Shown here: in pieces, positions 1 through 10,969 of the stretch
How positions within the stretch are numbered: the first letter of the stretch is position 1
Layout: every line of letters starts with the position of its first letter
NCBI RefSeq assembly: GCF_030684315.1
Contig: NC_081373.1
Coordinates: 14,287,097 to 14,351,096 of the forward strand
Origin: Stegostoma tigrinum
Lineage: Eukaryota
DNA length: 64,000 nt
Reading direction: 5' to 3'
Program-made: the position numbers and the translations under genes
Notes under the pieces: generated by a model
The model's database searches: none
Seen by the model: only the letters and a program-made list of their open reading frames with translations
Told to the model about the DNA's origin: nothing

Positions 1-1350
1 CTTAGACTGGGTGAACACATTGCAGATACAGTTTAACGTGGCTAAATATGACGTTTTGCCATTTGGTGTGAAAAACGCAAAGAGTATTGATGAAATGATA
101 TATTCGCAAGTGTGGATACACTAAGGAATATGGATGTCCTTGTACGCTAGTCAATGATAGATAAAAAGTGAATTGAAAGTGGCATTTATTTAAAAGGATT
201 TGAGTTCAGAAGGAGGATTTCTTACAGCAGTTATACAGGACCATGGTGAGACTACACTGTGGTGTATGGTGTGCAGTTTTGATCTCTCTACCGAAGAAAG
301 TAAAGGACATGGTTCCCATTGCGGGAGAGCATCAGAGGTTCACTGTGCTATTGCTGGAGATGGCTTCTGCGTAAAGTTTAGAAGGATGAGAAGGTACCTG
401 ATTATGAAATCCTAACAGGAGCTTGCCTTCATTGCTCAGACCTTGGAGGATAGGAGTTGAGATGCCATGTTGAGGTTGTACAGGATGTTGGTGAGACCTC
501 ATCTGGAGTACTGTGTCCAGTTCTAGTCACCTGATATAGGAAGGATATTAAGCTGGGGAGGGTTCAGAAAAGATTTACCAGAGTGTTGCTGAGAATGGTT
601 TGGGTTGTAAGGAGAGGCTGGATAGACTGGGATGTTTTTTCACAGGAGTGCAGGATTTTGAGGGTGACCTTTATAGAGGCTCATAAAATCATGAGGGGTA
701 CAGAAAATGTGAATGGCAGATGTCTTTTCCCTCGGGTGTGGGATTTCAAGACTAGTTGGTGTATTTTAAGGTGAGAGGTGGAAGATTTTGAAAAAAAGGA
801 CATGGGGTGGGCTGTAACTTTATTTACACAGTGAATAGTTTGTGTATGGAATGAACATCAAAAGGAAGTGTTGGATGCAAGTATAGTTAAAACGTTGAAA
901 AGATCTCTGGACAAGTACGTCAATAGGAAATGTCTGCAGGCATGTGGATGTAATTTAGTTTGGGATTATGTCGGCATGCATTGGTTGGACTGAAGGCCCT
1001 GTTTCCACACTGTATGACTATTGAGTTGTCAAACAAGGTGCAGGACAGATGTTTTATCTGGTTGGGAAGTCTGTAATCCAGGGGTGCAATTGCAGGATGT
1101 GGTGTAGGCCATTTAAAACTGAAATGAAAATATATTTTTCTCAAGGGCTGGTGAAACTGTGGGATTCTCCACCGCAGAAGGTTGTGGAGACCAAGCCACT
1201 GAATGCGTTAAAGAAAAAGAAAAAGATTAGATTTTAAATGCATGAAGAAAATGGGAACGTAGCCTTAAGATAGAGGATCAGTTGTGATCAGAAATAAAGG
1301 CACAGCAGGCTGAAAAGGCCAAATGAACAACTCCAGCTCTAAATTTCTAT
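1..1350 (+). mobile_element. Cluster of decayed CR1 LINE 3' fragments
   Basis: Degenerate RPHLEYCVQFW / QKRFTR coding remnants and CR1-type 3' UTRs. Confidence 0.8.
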
Positions 1351-1952
1351 ATATTAATCTTTCGTTAAATTCAGATTGGAGTAGAACTGTTTTTATTCAA
1401 CTCCCATACATGCAGTTATTGTCCAGTTCTTGATGGAAGTATTAAATCTCATAGCGTTGAAAAGATGTTGGACATGTTGAAAGCTTGGCAAATACCTCAA
1501 ATTCCAGTCGTCGTCGTCATATATAGGATATCGCAATGCTCAAATTAGCTGCCTTTTTTACATTACAACTCCATTGCTTTTTAAGGGCAATTGGTCGTCA
1601 AGGATGCCATACAAATTCCTTTCCAAAATAACTGTCGTTCTTGTGTGAATCTTCAGTTCTGAATATATCGGCACTTCATAAGATTTGTGGTTTTCTCAAC
1701 TGATTACCTGAATATAAGCATCACAATTAGATTGAGACTGTAGATGTTGGAATCCAAGATAGGCAAACAAAGCTGGAAAAACACACCCAGCCGGGCAGCA
1801 CCTGGAGTAAAGAAGTCAGTGTTTCAGCTATTAATCTCCTTCGGATCCGTTGATTTTTCCTTTCCTGCAAATGCTACCTGACTTGCTGCATTTAAAACGT
1901 GCTTGATGTACTATACCTTGGGAAATTTACATAACAGCTTACTTAAAGGGGA

Positions 1953-2840
1953 GATAATGGGAACTGCAGATGCTGGAGACTCCAAGATAATAAAATGTGA
2001 GGCTGGATGAACACAGCAGGCCAAGCAGCATCTCAGGAGCACAAAAGCTGACGTTTCGGGCCTAGACCCTTCATCAGAGAGGGGGATGGGGGGAGGGAAC
2101 TGGAATAAATAGGGAGAGAGGGGGAGGCGGACCGAAGATGGAGAGCAAAGAAGACAGGTGGAGAGGGTGTAGGTGGGGAGGTAGGGAGGGGATAGGTCAG
2201 TCCAGGGAAGACGGACAGGTCAAGGAGGTGGGATGAGGTTAGTAGGTAGCTGGGGGTGCGGCTGGGGGTGGGAGGAAGGGATGGGTGAGAGGAAGAACCG
2301 GTTAGGGAGGCAGAGACAGGTTGGACTGGTTTTGGGATGCAGTGGGTGGGGGGGAAGAGCTGGGCTGGTTGTGTGGTGCAGTGGGGGGAGGGGATGAACT
2401 GGGCTGGTTTAGGGATGCAGTGGGGGAAGGGGAGATTTTGAAACTGGTGAAGTCCACATTGATACCATATGGCTGCAGGGTTCCCAGGCGGAACATGAGT
2501 TGTCTCTGCCTGTCTCTGCCTCCCTAACCGGTTCTTCCTCTCACCCATCCCTTCCTCCCACCCCCAGCCGCACCCCCAGCTACCTACTAACCTCATCCCA
2601 CCTCCTTGACCTGTCCGTCTTCCCTGGACTGACCTATCCCCTCCCTACCTCCCCACCTACACCCTCTCCACCTGTCTTCTTTGCTCTCCATCTTCGGTCC
2701 GCCTCCCCCTCTCTCCCTATTTATTCCAGTTCCCTCCCCCCATCCCCCTCTCTGATGAAGGGTCTAGGCCCGAAACGTCAGCTTTTGTGCTCCTGAGATG
2801 CTGCTTGGCCTGCTGTGTTCATCCAGCCTCACATTTTATT
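1953..2840. mobile_element. Young fold-back PLE derivative (family A) with 332 bp inverted arms
   Basis: 1989-2320 is the reverse complement of 2509-2840; flanked by TTACTTAAAGGGGA at 1939-1952 and 2839-2852; homologous to the 3' end of the PLE at 13814-15385. Confidence 0.92.
2750..2781 (+). ncRNA. Minimal type I hammerhead ribozyme motif (mirror copy on - at 2048-2079)
   Basis: CTGATGA-a-GGG(tctagg)CCC-GAAA-CG-TC; helix III is the palindrome ACGT; helix I only ~2 bp. Confidence 0.7.
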
Positions 2841-3084
2841 ACTTAAAGGGGATGTTGTTTTGGCCTCCTTTCTAATTCAAGTGTGTGGAATAAAGTTGGC
2901 TTGTTCAATGGTCTCATTTTCTTGCATTATTTAACAAAATCAGAGTCAGTTTGTTTGCTGGTAGGTAGAATGAGTAATATGGGTTATTTCCATGACCCAT
3001 CAAATATATATTATGCTTAATGCCTTTGGGTTTCTCCTGATCTAATAAACAAACGAAATATAAGCTGAGTTTGTTTTACATACA

Positions 3085-3740
3085 TGTATAAAAGGAGTAG
3101 GCCATTTGTCTGCTTGAAGCTGCTTTTCTACTTAAAGTGCATAGCTGATCTTATTATAACCTCACACCCACATTCCTGCCTATTCTGGATAAACTTTTAC
3201 CCTCTTCCAAGAAATTAACCACTTCTGCCATAAATATTCAAAAACTCTGCTTCTGTCTCTTTTTTTTCAGGGAGAGAATTCAAAAGATTCATAATTCTCT
3301 GGGAAAAGATCTTGCCTCATTCCAAATGGGCTACTATTTTATTTTTAAGCAGTGAGCTCTGGTTCTCGATTTTTCCCCACAAAGAGGGAGTATCCTCTCC
3401 ATGTTCACCCTATCAGGATCATGTGTTTCAATCAGTTTGCTTCTTGCTCTTGTAAACTTCAGCAGATATGCATGAGCCTGTCCTAACTTCACCTAAAGAC
3501 AAGCTGCCTGTTCCAGAGATGAGTTTGGAAAACCTACTGAGCTGCATCCAATGCATTTACATCCTTTGAATAAGATGACCAGTATTATATGTAGTACTCA
3601 ATATGTGTCTTACCAGTGGCCTTTTGTAACTGAAGTATTAAACTGTACTGTAGTATTCAATTCTTCTCATAATAAATGTTAGCTTTCCTAATCACTTGCT
3701 ACACCTGCATACTAACTTTTTGTGATTCATCACAGATGGT
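3085..3740 (-). mobile_element. Old CR1 LINE 3' fragment
   Basis: Degenerate reverse CR1 3' UTR and ORF2 end. Confidence 0.65.
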
Positions 3741-3808
3741 TTCACTGTGGTCACATGCAGCAGAAATGCAAAAGTACTCTTGATCAACAGGTTTACTTTT
3801 ATCCACAG

Positions 3809-3897
3809 GCCTCTGTGTACAAGATCTGTAAGGAGATGTATGATGATGAAATGGATGGCGACTCAATGTCATATCAGCCAGATATTGTAGGGGACAG
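3809..3897 (+). CDS. OGA: O-GlcNAcase(-like) internal coding exon (start of pseudo-HAT region)
   Basis: cacag|GCC...GAC AG|gtgagt; translates ASVYKICKEMYDDEMDGDSMSYQPDIVGD, resembling vertebrate OGA; phase 2 end fits the next exon. Too short for the ORF track. Confidence 0.92.
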
Positions 3898-4329
3898 GTG
3901 AGTGAGTGTGCATGCATGCATGTATATTTGGGGCAGTTGGGTGTTTACTACCTCTCCTCCTCTTCATCTTTGTTGCATTTTGGTTCTGCAGGGATCTAGT
4001 TCTGCGTGTGATTCTCCCATCCCAACAATAATCAGGACAAATCCAGTCTGATCCATTACTTCCCAATTAAGCTACCATCAGTCATTAGCAAATTGATGCA
4101 AAATATCAACAATGCCACCAGCCTCACTTAAGTTAGCATCGATGAGTAGATTATTGGTAAATTTGGATTCTACTCAATGACTGCTCATTGTGAGGTCATC
4201 TTGCACCCTTAATCCAAACTACGGGACAAAGAGCTGAATTCCTGAGATGAGGTGAATGGGGTTTCAGAGTAACATTTGACTGTTTTGGGGCTATCTGGTG
4301 CCCTTGTAAAGTGGGTGTTATGCAATGAT

Positions 4330-5300
4330 AACATAGATTATAGCACAGCAGGAGATAATTTGGCCTACCTTCATTGTGGAGGCTCCCTTTTACTGTAGCT
4401 TGACAAACTTTCTACTGTTTGGGTGCTTACCTAATTCCCATTTGAAAGTCATGAATGAATCGATCTCCAGCATTCTCAAGCTGTGCAGTCCAACTACTTT
4501 GTAAACAAGATTTTTCTCACCTTGTATTTTGTTTTTGTTTTTTGTAAAATACTTTCAAGACCAGAGGGTACAGATTTAATGGAAGCAGTTTCCCCTAACT
4601 ATTCTGTCGACCCTCTTGATTTTGAACACTTTGATCAGATCTTTTCTTGGCCATCTCAAAAAAAACAGTCCCAATCTCTCTCTAGTGATAACTGAAGTGT
4701 CTTGGTCCTGGAGCTATTCTTGTAAACTAATTTTGCATACCCCACTGTTTCCGCATTCTAGTGTGGGATTCAACAATTTTTCAGCTGAGGTCAAACTAAT
4801 GTCTCATTTTTAGCATAACCTCTCTACCCTTGAACACTCTGTGCCCCAGTAATGGAACCTAGAATACTGATGCTTTATTAACTGCTCTCTACATGTCCGG
4901 CCATCTTTCACTTTCACAGGAGTACACCTGGATATCTGGTCCTGCACACTGTTCGTTTAGAATGAAACCTCTTTATTTGTAGTCTTTCCATGTTCTATTG
5001 ATCAAAATGTATCACTTTGCCACATTTGAATTTCATCTACCATACGTGTGCCATCCACCAGCTCGGCTGTGACTGAAGTTCTGTGTTGTCCAAAGTTTTT
5101 AAGATGCTGAAGTTTTGTCTGCAAATATATCCTCTGCACACCAATATTCAGATCCTACATGATATATCAGAATAAGTTCTATGGTGAACTACAAACCTTC
5201 CTCCAACTCAAAAAATGCCTATTAATCATTAAATTTTTGATTCCGATTATTCCATTATGCACTTGAGCAACTTTTGCTGACAGCCACCTCGACCTGTAGG
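4330..5300 (-). mobile_element. Old CR1 LINE fragment
   Basis: Degenerate reverse CR1 ORF2/3' UTR similarity to younger copies in the window. Confidence 0.55.
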
Positions 5301-5909
5301 AATAAGGATAGAAGATGCTTGGCGTGGTGAACACCACTTCCAAATTTTGCTCCGACATGTAGACTATTTTCATGTGGAATTGCATCACTGTTCATTAATT
5401 GTCATTGCTCCAATCCTAGATATTCTCGTTTCATAATGTTTTGAAAAGTGACTCACTGACCTGTTCAAGGAGTGCTAGCAATAGGTAATAAGGTACACCC
5501 TTCCCAATGCCTGATTAAACAAAAGACCAAGAATCAGCACTGACTAGAGCATAACCTGACATGTTGTATATTCTTGTGTTTTTTTTAATCGGAGTGATGC
5601 TTGAACTTGCTTCTATTAAATTGGATCCCACCCTCACCCTGTCGTTCCCACTCTGTCCCCACTCACGTGGTTCATTTAATGCCCTTTGGGTAAGGAAATC
5701 TTGTACGGCATCCTGTTTTTGACTTGACACAATCTGCTTAACTCTTAGCTGTCCTCCAAAATGGTTTTGCAAATGAGTTATGTTTAAGAAAGAAAGGAAA
5801 GTTGGTGTTGAGGGTCAAATGTACCTAAGGATGGGTGTTATTGCTGGCTGTGTCCAGGCTATCCAGAGTCTACTTAAAAAGGGGGAAAAAAAAACTGAGT
5901 CGTGAATTA

Positions 5910-6050
5910 GAGATAATGGGAACTGCAGATGCTGGAGAATTCCAAGATAATAAAATGTGAGGCTGGATGCACACAGCAGGCCAAGCAGCATCTCAGTGCT
6001 CCTGAGATGCTGCTTGGCCTGCTGTGTTCATCCAGCCTCATATTATCTTG
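5910..6050. mobile_element. Minimal fold-back PLE family A element
   Basis: Arms ~5943-5996 and 6002-6050; flanked by TGAGTCGTGAATTA at 5896-5909 and 6049-6062. Confidence 0.9.
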
Positions 6051-6913
6051 AGTCGTGAATTATTTGTGTGCCAAGTTATAGATTTAGCTCTAAATGGGAG
6101 CTGGAAGAAATTGACTAGAGAATTCAGTTCATACAGCTCTACTGCAGGCAAGAAATGGAAACTGTGATCTAAGCTAGATTTATCTACAATTTGTAAATAT
6201 ACGGAGACTAATTCTAATCTGTCATGTGTACTCTACCCAACTACAGGTCATTGTCTGCTAATCAATCATCTTGAGCTATTTTCGGGGCAGTTTGTCAGTG
6301 TTGGTTTGCAATTACCTTCCACTTTTGCATCAAGGCAAGGTCCCAAGTTTACAACAGCCGGACAAGAGTTGAACCCATGGTTGTTGATGCTATTCTGAAT
6401 CACGTGACACAGTTATTAATTATCCCCCCACTGCATTCCATACAGACTGAAAATGTGCATATTATTCCATGCAATATAGAGTTCAAATTTTAAATTTTGT
6501 TTCTCTATTGTTAATGTGCTTTGGTGCTATATATCCAGAAATATGCTGCACTTGTTCACATGATGCCTGTTTTTCAAATTACTTTGATAGAGTTGATATG
6601 TACTAACATGTTCTCATGAAAGTAAGTCTTGGGTTGGAGTCAATGGTGGAAAGTATCTGGCTGGGTCAGGAGTTTCTCTTACATGCAGGACATCAGCAAA
6701 CTAGTTATGTCATTTTCTGATAATGATCTGTGAATTACCAGAATTTTCCTTTTGTACCGAAATTTGAATTTGCAGCCTAAGGGTGATGAATTTGGTTACA
6801 TAATTACTGCAGTCCACTCTTAAAACAAATTTAACACTGTAAAGGAAATGACTTCTGTCAATATTTTTGAAAGATGTTTTTCCAAGTTGATATAAGTGGC
6901 AGTATGAGATATT

Positions 6914-7030
6914 AAGAACTGCCAGTGCCGGAGTCTGAGATAACAGTGTGGAGCTGGTGGAACACAGCAGGCCAGGTAGCATCAAAAGAGCAGGAAAGCT
7001 GATGTTGCGGGTCCAGGCCCTTCTTCAGAA
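6914..7030 (-). mobile_element. Diverged PLE terminal fragment related to family A
   Basis: gaacacagcaggccaggtagcatc...gctgatgttgcgggtccaggcccttcttcag. Confidence 0.7.
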
Positions 7031-7347
7031 AAAAATTCAGTGTTTCTCCAGCTCCCAGACTGTTATAAATGGCAGTATGATCGGCATATATCTTCCTTTA
7101 TATAAAAAGGGGGGGATAAAAAAGGACAGGATTTCTACAATTCATTGATATCCAAAATGTATGTGAAGGCTGCCAAGTGAGAAATAGCTTTGTTTGGCCT
7201 GCTGTGAACACCATAGTCAATGAGACTGATGCACTCAGTGTTGCCATCTGTGGCAAAACTCCAGAAAGCATTTGCATGCCCTGGAGGAATTATACATTAG
7301 AATTTGGTGTCCTGTTGAGTGATTCCTGCACCTTTTTCAGGTGAAGC

Positions 7348-7569
7348 GATAATGGGGACTGCAGATGCTGGAGAATGCAAGATAACAAAGCGTGAAGCCG
7401 GATGAACACAGCAGGCCAAGCAGCATCTCAGGAGCACAAAAGCTGACGTTTCGGGCCTAGACCCTTCATCAGACCCTCCCTGATGAAGGGTCTAGGCCCG
7501 AAATGTCAGCTTTTGTGCTCCTGAGATGCTGCTTGGCCTGCTGTGTTCATCCAGCTTCACACTTTGTTA
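7348..7569. mobile_element. Fold-back PLE family A element with back-to-back hammerhead cores
   Basis: 90 bp arms 7383-7472 and 7480-7569, 3 mismatches, 7 nt spacer; cores at 7445-7472 (-) and 7480-7507 (+). Confidence 0.9.
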
Positions 7570-7686
7570 CCTTTTACAGTTGGATCCTTGTTCTGTGGCT
7601 TAGAGCTAAAATAAATGTTGGTATGATTTCATGCTCATGCGGGTATTAGTTTTGGTGTAAAATACTATTTTTTGCTGTCTTTGCAG

Positions 7687-7879
7687 TTTGGTCGGAGGTC
7701 TTCTGACGTTGAGCCCGGATTATTGCTTCGTTTTAGAGGATGAGGGCAGTATATGTGGTTATGCCCTTGGAACTGTGGATGTGAAACCATTTTGTAAAAA
7801 ATGCAAAGTGTCCTGGATACCCGCTATGCGGGAGAAATATATTAAACCAGACCCTAGTCAAAATCTTTCCGAAGAACAG
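7687..7879 (+). CDS. OGA: O-GlcNAcase(-like) coding exon
   Basis: ttgcag|T TTG...CAG|gtacta; [54 protein letters not shown]. Confidence 0.95.
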
Positions 7880-8248
7880 GTACTATCTTTGAGTAACTGG
7901 ATTTATTTTCCCTGTGAATTCAATCAATGATAGAGAATATTCAAGAAATTCTGTGGTCTCGATCTTGGCACAAGATAGTACAGTGGGATTTTTGTACCCA
8001 GAAACTTCTAAATTAAGCCTGTATCTGAAGGCTTGTAAGACAGTAAGATATAGTAGCGGAATTAGATTACTGAGCACATTGAGTCTGCTGCACTATTCAA
8101 TCATGGCTGATATATTTCTCGCCACCACCACCCCCGTCCTACTCTCTTGCCTACTACCCATAAACCCTGGATCCCCTGAATAATCAAGATTCTATCTATT
8201 TCTGATTTAAATACACTCAGTGGCACAACCATCACAACCTTTGGCAAC

Positions 8249-10965
8249 AAAAACAGAAGTTGCTGGACAAGCTCAGCAGGTGAAGGGGGGAAAAAAAAAG
8301 TAACATTTTGGGTCTGGTGACAGTTCCTCGGAACTAATGGTAGCTTCCATGCAGAAGATGAGGATGGGCTAGGGAGTGAATAAAAGGATAAAGGATAGAG
8401 CCAGAAGAGCAGTTGGATAGACAATGAAGTTGATAACAATCTAGCAAGGAGGATGAATAGCTGTTAATGGGAACTGAGAGTGACCAACAGTAGGTAATCT
8501 GTAATGGCAGGTTATGTGATTACAGTGCCTGATATGTGGTGTATGGGGCTAGGACATGGGAGAGTTTAGGCCCTAAAATTATTGAATTTGATATTGAATC
8601 TGGAGGGCTACAGGGTCCCCAAGCAGAAATTGAGGTGTTCTTCTTCCAGCTTGTGTTCAGCTTTGCTGGAACACCGCAGCAAGCCAGAGACAGGGAGCAG
8701 GGTGGTGTATTGAAGTGGCAGGCAACTGGAAGCTCAGTCTTTTATTATGAGCAGGATGTAGATGTTCTATAAAGCGGTCACCCAATCTACGCTTCGTTTC
8801 CCCGATGTAGAGGAAACCACATGGTGAGCAGCGAATGTAGTAGACTAGATTCTGGGAAGTGCTATTGAAGTGTTGCTTCACCTGGAACACTTCAATACTT
8901 TGGGCCCTTGGAAAGTGGGGAGGGAGGAGGTAAATGGGTAGGTGTTGCACCTTTGGTTGCAGAGAAAGATGCTGTGGCATGGGGGTTTGATGGTGGTGGT
9001 GAAGGAAGGGTGGACCAAGGTATCCCGGTGGGAACACTCCACATGAAAAGCAGACAAGGGAGGGGAGGGGAATGTGTGTCTGTTTTGAGGACGAGCTTAG
9101 CCAAGTGGAGGAGGGTGATGGTGTTTGGGGATGGTTTGGGTGCTCCCTCCAGGAAAGAGCGGAGAGCCCCAAGGAATGGTGGGGAATGCATATGTAAAAT
9201 GACTGCGCATCCATGGTAAAGAGGACATGGCTGGAGTCTGCAAACTGGAAATTTTGAAACCAGCATAAAGTGTCAGAGGAATCACGGATGTATGTGGGCA
9301 GGGAAATGGACTAGGGAAGAAAAGGCTGACTCAAGGTAGAAAGAGATGAGTTCTGTGGGGGAGGAGCAGGCCAAAACGGTGGATCTGCCCGGACAGTCCT
9401 CTTCTTTGATTTTTGGAAGGAAGTAGAAGTAAACAGTGCAGGTTCGGGGGTCTGCCAGCTTGATGGTGGGGGTGGGGATAGGAGAAGTTGATACAATGGC
9501 CTAATATGTCATGATCAGGTCATGGTCTGGGGAAGATAGGAGGAGGCATCTGACAGCTGGCGCTGAGCCTCTGCAATGTAGAAGTCAGTATGCCAGACTG
9601 CAGCACCACCCTCATCGGCAGACATAATAACAAAATAAGGGTTAGATCTAAGCACACAGTGTGCAGTCAGTTTGGACGGTGGAGGAGGCGAGGCGGTGCG
9701 GTTGGGTGTTGGCTGGTATGGGCGCAGAGAAATTGCGGCAACCAATATCACGTTGATGGTTTTCAATGAACAGATCAAAGGGGTCCATTTGGAAGGAGCA
9801 TGTTGGAACTGGGTGAAAGGGTTTGTAGGACAGGAAGAGGACTCTTGCCCAAAGAAATGGGCACAGAGGCAAAGACGACGGAAGAAGAGTTCAACATCGT
9901 GTCATGCCCAAAATTCGTTAAGGTGGGGACACCGAGGAATGAAGCTGAGGCCTTTGAGTACAGAACATTCAGCATCACAGTGGAAGAATAGGAGGGTTGG
10001 TGAATACCCGACAGGAGGTGCGTTTGGGGGAGGTGATGGAGTCGGAGGGAAGGGGATGAGAGGAAGGTTCTAAGAGCCATGGGTTTCTGAGTTGTTGCGT
10101 TTTGAAGGCCTTGATCCCTGAAAGAAAAAGAAATTGTTTCTTGTTCGCATAACAAATGAGCCAGAGGAACTGCCGAGTGGTGCAACCCTGAGTCAGCGTG
10201 TTGTGATGCTGTTGGATAGAGAGGCCGAGAATGTGCACGTGGCACTGAGTGCGCGTCTCAGGATGTGGCGAGATACGAGCTAAACCGGTTTCAAAATTTC
10301 CAGTTTGCAGGCTCCAGCCACTGCCTCTTTACCATGGACGTGCACTTGGTTCCAGGACTAGATGTGTAAAGAGCTGAACCATCCCACCCATCACCACCCT
10401 CCTGCTTGTCTGAACTTGTCTTCAGTCTGGCCACCGTCTCTGTCCTGCTTGTAGTGTTTCAGCAAAGCTCAACACAAGCTGGAAGAACAACACCTCATTT
10501 TCCGCTTGGGGACCCAACAGCCCTCTGGACTCCATATTGCGTTCAATAATTTTAGGGCCTTAACTCTCCCATGTCCGAGCCCTGTACACCATTCACGAGG
10601 TCTTGTTAGCACGTAGCCTGCCAATACCACTACCTATTGTTAGTCACTAACCATCCCCATTAACAGCTGTTCACCCTCCTAGCCGGATTGTTATCAACTC
10701 CTTTGTCTATCCAACTGCTCTTCTCTCTCTTTGGACTCTTATCTTTTATCGTAACATTTACTCCCTACCCCCACCCCCTCCCTGTTTTCATATAAAGCAA
10801 CGTTTTTCCAGCTACCATCAGTTCTGAGGAAGGGTCACCGGACCTGAAATGTTAACTCTGATTTTTTTTTTGCTCTCCTTCACAGATGCTGCCAGACCTG
10901 CTGAACTTTTCCAGCAACTTCTGTTTTTAGTTTCTGTTTTACAGCATCCGCAGTTTTTGTTTTTT
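8249..10965 (-). mobile_element. PLE family B with inverted termini, inserted into a CR1 fragment
   Basis: GIY-YIG remnant NLVYYIRCSPCGFLYIGETKRRLGDRFIEHL (8657-9214 -); RT remnants; 8249-8700 inverted against ~10440-10930; hammerhead-like core 10820-10857. Confidence 0.88.
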
Positions 10966-10969
10966 TGTT

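Noticed and set aside
2325-2430. Spaced short repeats resembling a CRISPR array
   Set aside because: Internal tandem repeats of the PLE tail (also at 14945-15050); eukaryotic context and no unique spacers.
2033-2796. Identical peptides on both strands suggesting duplicated genes
   Set aside because: A consequence of the inverted repeat in a stop-poor purine/pyrimidine-biased tail.
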